DNA from: Candidatus Methylomirabilota bacterium
GTDB lineage: Bacteria > Methylomirabilota > Methylomirabilia > Rokubacteriales > CSP1-6
Length of the DNA: 27,378 nucleotides
Assembly (NCBI GenBank): GCA_046726415.1
Contig: JBKPAK010000153.1
Span: 1 to 27,378 of the forward strand
Reading direction: 5' to 3'
Shown piece by piece: positions 24,745-27,378 of this stretch; positions within the stretch are counted from its first letter, which is position 1, and each line of letters begins with the position of its first letter. Below the pieces are notes generated by a model that saw only the letters and a program-made list of their open reading frames with translations, made no database searches and was not told where the DNA came from. The position numbers and the translations under genes are program-made.

Positions 24745-25467
24745 TTACGATGCGTCGGCCGGCACTTCAGCGAGCAGGCGGCCGAAGGCCGGCAGGCGGT
24801 CGGCGCTGTTGAACGCGCGCAGCATCGCCCAGACCGACGCCTGGTTCGTGGTCACCACGGGCTTCCTGAATTCCCGCTCCCAGGCGGCGACCGCCGAAAG
24901 CGTCGGGAAATTGCCCCCGGGCACCACGAAGGCCTCGATCTGGGGCCGATCGATCCGGGCAAACGCATCGCGCGCGTTCTGGGGGCCGAGCTGCCCGATC
25001 GCGTATGCGTCGGTCGCGCCAAATCCTTCGAGGGCGATCGCGTCGAGCCCATGCTTCGTCTCGAAATAGCGGGCGGCACGTTCGTTGACCGCATCCGAAT
25101 AGGGAGACACGATGGCGACCCGCCGCGCTCCCAGGGCCCGAACGGCACGGCCGACCGCCTGCGCCGACGTGATCGCCGGAACGCCGGCGCCGAGGCTCAT
25201 GCGCGTGGTGACGACGTCGTCGTAGTCCTCGGCAAAGAGACTTGCCGACGTCTGGGCCAAGATGACCATCTCGACCTTGGCCGTCCCCAACAAGCGCGAC
25301 TGATAGTCGATGTCCTCATCTCGGCTCGGCGAGAAACTACCAGCGCCGCTCGACATGAGGCGCCCGACGTGCGCCTGGTAGGTCGCCGGCAGGAGCCGGC
25401 ACTCCATCTCGACCGTGGTGTTGGTGGACGGAATGAGAACGCCGAAATGTCGAGTGATGTTCCTCAC
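24745..25467 (-). CDS. Maleate isomerase / arylmalonate decarboxylase (Asp/Glu racemase superfamily) homolog lacking catalytic cysteines
   Basis: 'GVLIPSTNTTVE', 'ALGARRVAIVSPY' and 'KPVVTTNQASVW'. The usual CT sites read 'AQTSAS' and 'VPGGNF'. Confidence 0.85.
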   Translation of the reverse strand: MRNITRHFGVLIPSTNTTVEMECRLLPATYQAHVGRLMSSGAGSFSPSRDEDIDYQSRLLGTAKVEMVILAQTSASLFAEDYDDVVTTRMSLGAGVPAITSAQAVGRAVRALGARRVAIVSPYSDAVNERAARYFETKHGLDAIALEGFGATDAYAIGQLGPQNARDAFARIDRPQIEAFVVPGGNFPTLSAVAAWEREFRKPVVTTNQASVWAMLRAFNSADRLPAFGRLLAEVPADAS

Positions 25468-25497
25468 GTCACTTTCCCTTGCGGACGGCCTCGCGCA

Positions 25498-26457
25498 TCA
25501 CACCGTATCGAGATCGTTGGCCCAGCGCCGGCAGATGTGATGGGCGATCGCGATGGGCGGCGGCAGCGACACCTGCCCCGGATCGTCGAAGCCGGCGGCG
25601 GCGTGCGTCACCATCTCCCGGATCTCGTGGCGGGTGAACCAGCGCGCCTCGGCGAGCTCCTCGGGGTCGACGGTGATCTCCTCGGTCAGGGCTTCGGCGA
25701 GAAACCCGATCATCAGGCTGGACGGAAACGGCCACGGCTGCGCAGCCAGGTAGCGCACGCGTCCGCAGCGAATGCCCGCTTCCTCGCGGACCTCGCGGCG
25801 CACGGCGTCCTCCAGGGTTTCGCCAGGCTCGACGAAGCCGGCGAGGCATGAGAACCGGGCGCCCGCGCGCCGCCGGTTGCGCCCGAGCAGGGCTCGGTCG
25901 CCGCGGATCGCGAGCATGATCACGACGGGATCGGTGCGCGGGAAGTGCGACGCCCGGCAATCCGGGCAGCGCCGCACCCAGCCCGCCGACTCCACCCTGG
26001 TCGGCGATCCGCACTGGGCGCAGAAGCGATGTCGGGCGTGCCAGTCGAGCAGGGAGCGGGCCTCGGCGAGGATGGCCGCCTCGCCGGCGGCGATGGTCGG
26101 GGCGAGGGCGCGCACGTCGAGCAGCTCGGTGTCGACGTCGGGGGCGACGTTCGCCCCCGTCGCGTCGATCGCGAAATGCGCGCGCCCGTCGCCGAGGCCG
26201 AGAAAGATCAGCGGCGCGCCCGTGTCGATCTGGTCGCGCCACTGCGCCACCGGTTGCCAATCGAGCGCCGGCGCCGCCCGGCCGCGAGTGAACGGCTTCA
26301 GGTCGCGCAGCGGCAGGATGCGCGTCTCCGGGTCGCCGAGCAGCGCGGCCAGCCACTCCCGATCATTTCGGCGCTCGCTGGCCCGATCCAGCGGGTTGCC
26401 GGCGAAGCAATAGATCTCGTCCGTGGCGGCGGCTAGGTCCGCGCTGGGTTTCCTCAC
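25498..26457 (-). CDS. nudC: NAD(H) diphosphatase (Nudix)
   Basis: Zn ribbon 'FCAQCG...RCPDC', 'FPRTDPVVI', Nudix box 'GFVEPGETLEDAVRREVREEAG' and 'QPWPFPSS'. GTGA overlap with the upstream stop. Confidence 0.92.
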   Translation of the reverse strand: MRKPSADLAAATDEIYCFAGNPLDRASERRNDREWLAALLGDPETRILPLRDLKPFTRGRAAPALDWQPVAQWRDQIDTGAPLIFLGLGDGRAHFAIDATGANVAPDVDTELLDVRALAPTIAAGEAAILAEARSLLDWHARHRFCAQCGSPTRVESAGWVRRCPDCRASHFPRTDPVVIMLAIRGDRALLGRNRRRAGARFSCLAGFVEPGETLEDAVRREVREEAGIRCGRVRYLAAQPWPFPSSLMIGFLAEALTEEITVDPEELAEARWFTRHEIREMVTHAAAGFDDPGQVSLPPPIAIAHHICRRWANDLDTV

Positions 26458-27377
26458 TGGTCCAGCCTCACCGACTGGCCCGTGGCGGAGGACCGCTCGA
26501 TGGCGTCGATCAGCGTGTGGCGCTGGACGGCGAGGTTGAAGTCGACGTCGAAGGACCGACCGACGCGCTGGGCGTCGGCCATGCGCGCGTAGGCCTGGCC
26601 CACGTTGTACGGCGGGCCACCAGAAATGCTTTCCGGAGCGAGCCTGTACTTGGACGGCACCGGCATCGGCGCCAAGGGCTCCTTGCCCCTCGCCGCGTGC
26701 AACTGACTCGGCCCGACGTTGAGCGAGCCATCCGCCCGGATGACCAGAGCGCCCTCGTGCCCGTAGATCTCCATCCGGCTGCCGCCGGGATTCGAGGGAA
26801 CGGCGGCCACATTGATCGACACCTCGGCGCCGCCCCGCATGCGGCCGACGACGGTGATGCTGTCCGGCGCATCGACCGGGACGGGCTGCCCGTCCAACGT
26901 CCGCCACTGGGGAATTCGGGTCGACACGCGGGCCGAGAGCTCGGCAAACTCGCCGAGCACGGCGCACAAGGCGTCGATGGCGTGGCCGCCCGCGATGGTG
27001 AGCGTGTTGGCGCCGTTGGCGCGTACGCCCTGCCAGATGCGGCCGGGGCCTCGCTGCAGCTGGGCCTGGGCAGTGACGTTTAGGTTCGCCGTGAGCACTT
27101 CGCCGATGTAGCCCCCCTGGACGAGGTCCGCCGCGTACAGAATCGTCGGGTCGCTACGCGCCTGCAGACCGACGATGGTCGTCGCGGAGCGCTGGCCAGC
27201 GAGCCCGGTCATTTCTTCCGCCTCGGTGAGATTCGCGCCGAGCGGCCACTCGCAGAGCACGGCCTTCCCGGCCTGCAGGCCGGCCATGACCAGATCCCGA
27301 TGACCGGGGACCCGCACGCACACGACGATGAGGTCGACCTCCGGATGCGCTGCCATGTCGCTGAACCGATGGAATGC
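26454..27377 (-). CDS. Gfo/Idh/MocA family oxidoreductase (5' end outside the window)
   Basis: 'VDLIVVCVRVPGH', 'GKAVLCEWPLG', 'VGLQAR' and 'GGHAID'. The frame is open to the window edge. Confidence 0.88.
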   Translation of the reverse strand, partial: AFHRFSDMAAHPEVDLIVVCVRVPGHRDLVMAGLQAGKAVLCEWPLGANLTEAEEMTGLAGQRSATTIVGLQARSDPTILYAADLVQGGYIGEVLTANLNVTAQAQLQRGPGRIWQGVRANGANTLTIAGGHAIDALCAVLGEFAELSARVSTRIPQWRTLDGQPVPVDAPDSITVVGRMRGGAEVSINVAAVPSNPGGSRMEIYGHEGALVIRADGSLNVGPSQLHAARGKEPLAPMPVPSKYRLAPESISGGPPYNVGQAYARMADAQRVGRSFDVDFNLAVQRHTLIDAIERSSATGQSVRLDQ

Positions 27378-27378
27378 C

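Overview
High-GC bacterial window of about 26 tightly packed, mostly catabolic and transport genes. The gene content and repeat style suggest Candidatus Rokubacteria/Methylomirabilota (inference only). From left to right: two tandem copies of a ~129-bp palindromic MITE/REPIN-like element; a branched-chain-type ABC permease and binding protein; an opine/hydroxyproline-dehydrogenase-like flavoprotein trio; arsM preceded by a Cys-rich MarR, with a shared GTTG-N7-CAAC palindrome before both genes; an MFS transporter; an SRPBCC-ArsR pair with twin operators; a CE4 deacetylase; a ThDP enzyme divergent from UbiD and a BBE-like oxidase; a Tat-signal alpha/beta hydrolase; a dienelactone hydrolase with a DUF6295-like protein; an SGNH hydrolase; three CoA-transferases and a META lipoprotein; an orphan family-5 binding protein; a maleate-isomerase-fold protein lacking both catalytic Cys; NudC; and a truncated Gfo/Idh/MocA oxidoreductase. 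No rRNA, tRNA, CRISPR array or transposase was seen. The best leads are the MarR-arsM module with a readable operator, the nested-palindrome repeat and the Cys-less isomerase homolog.
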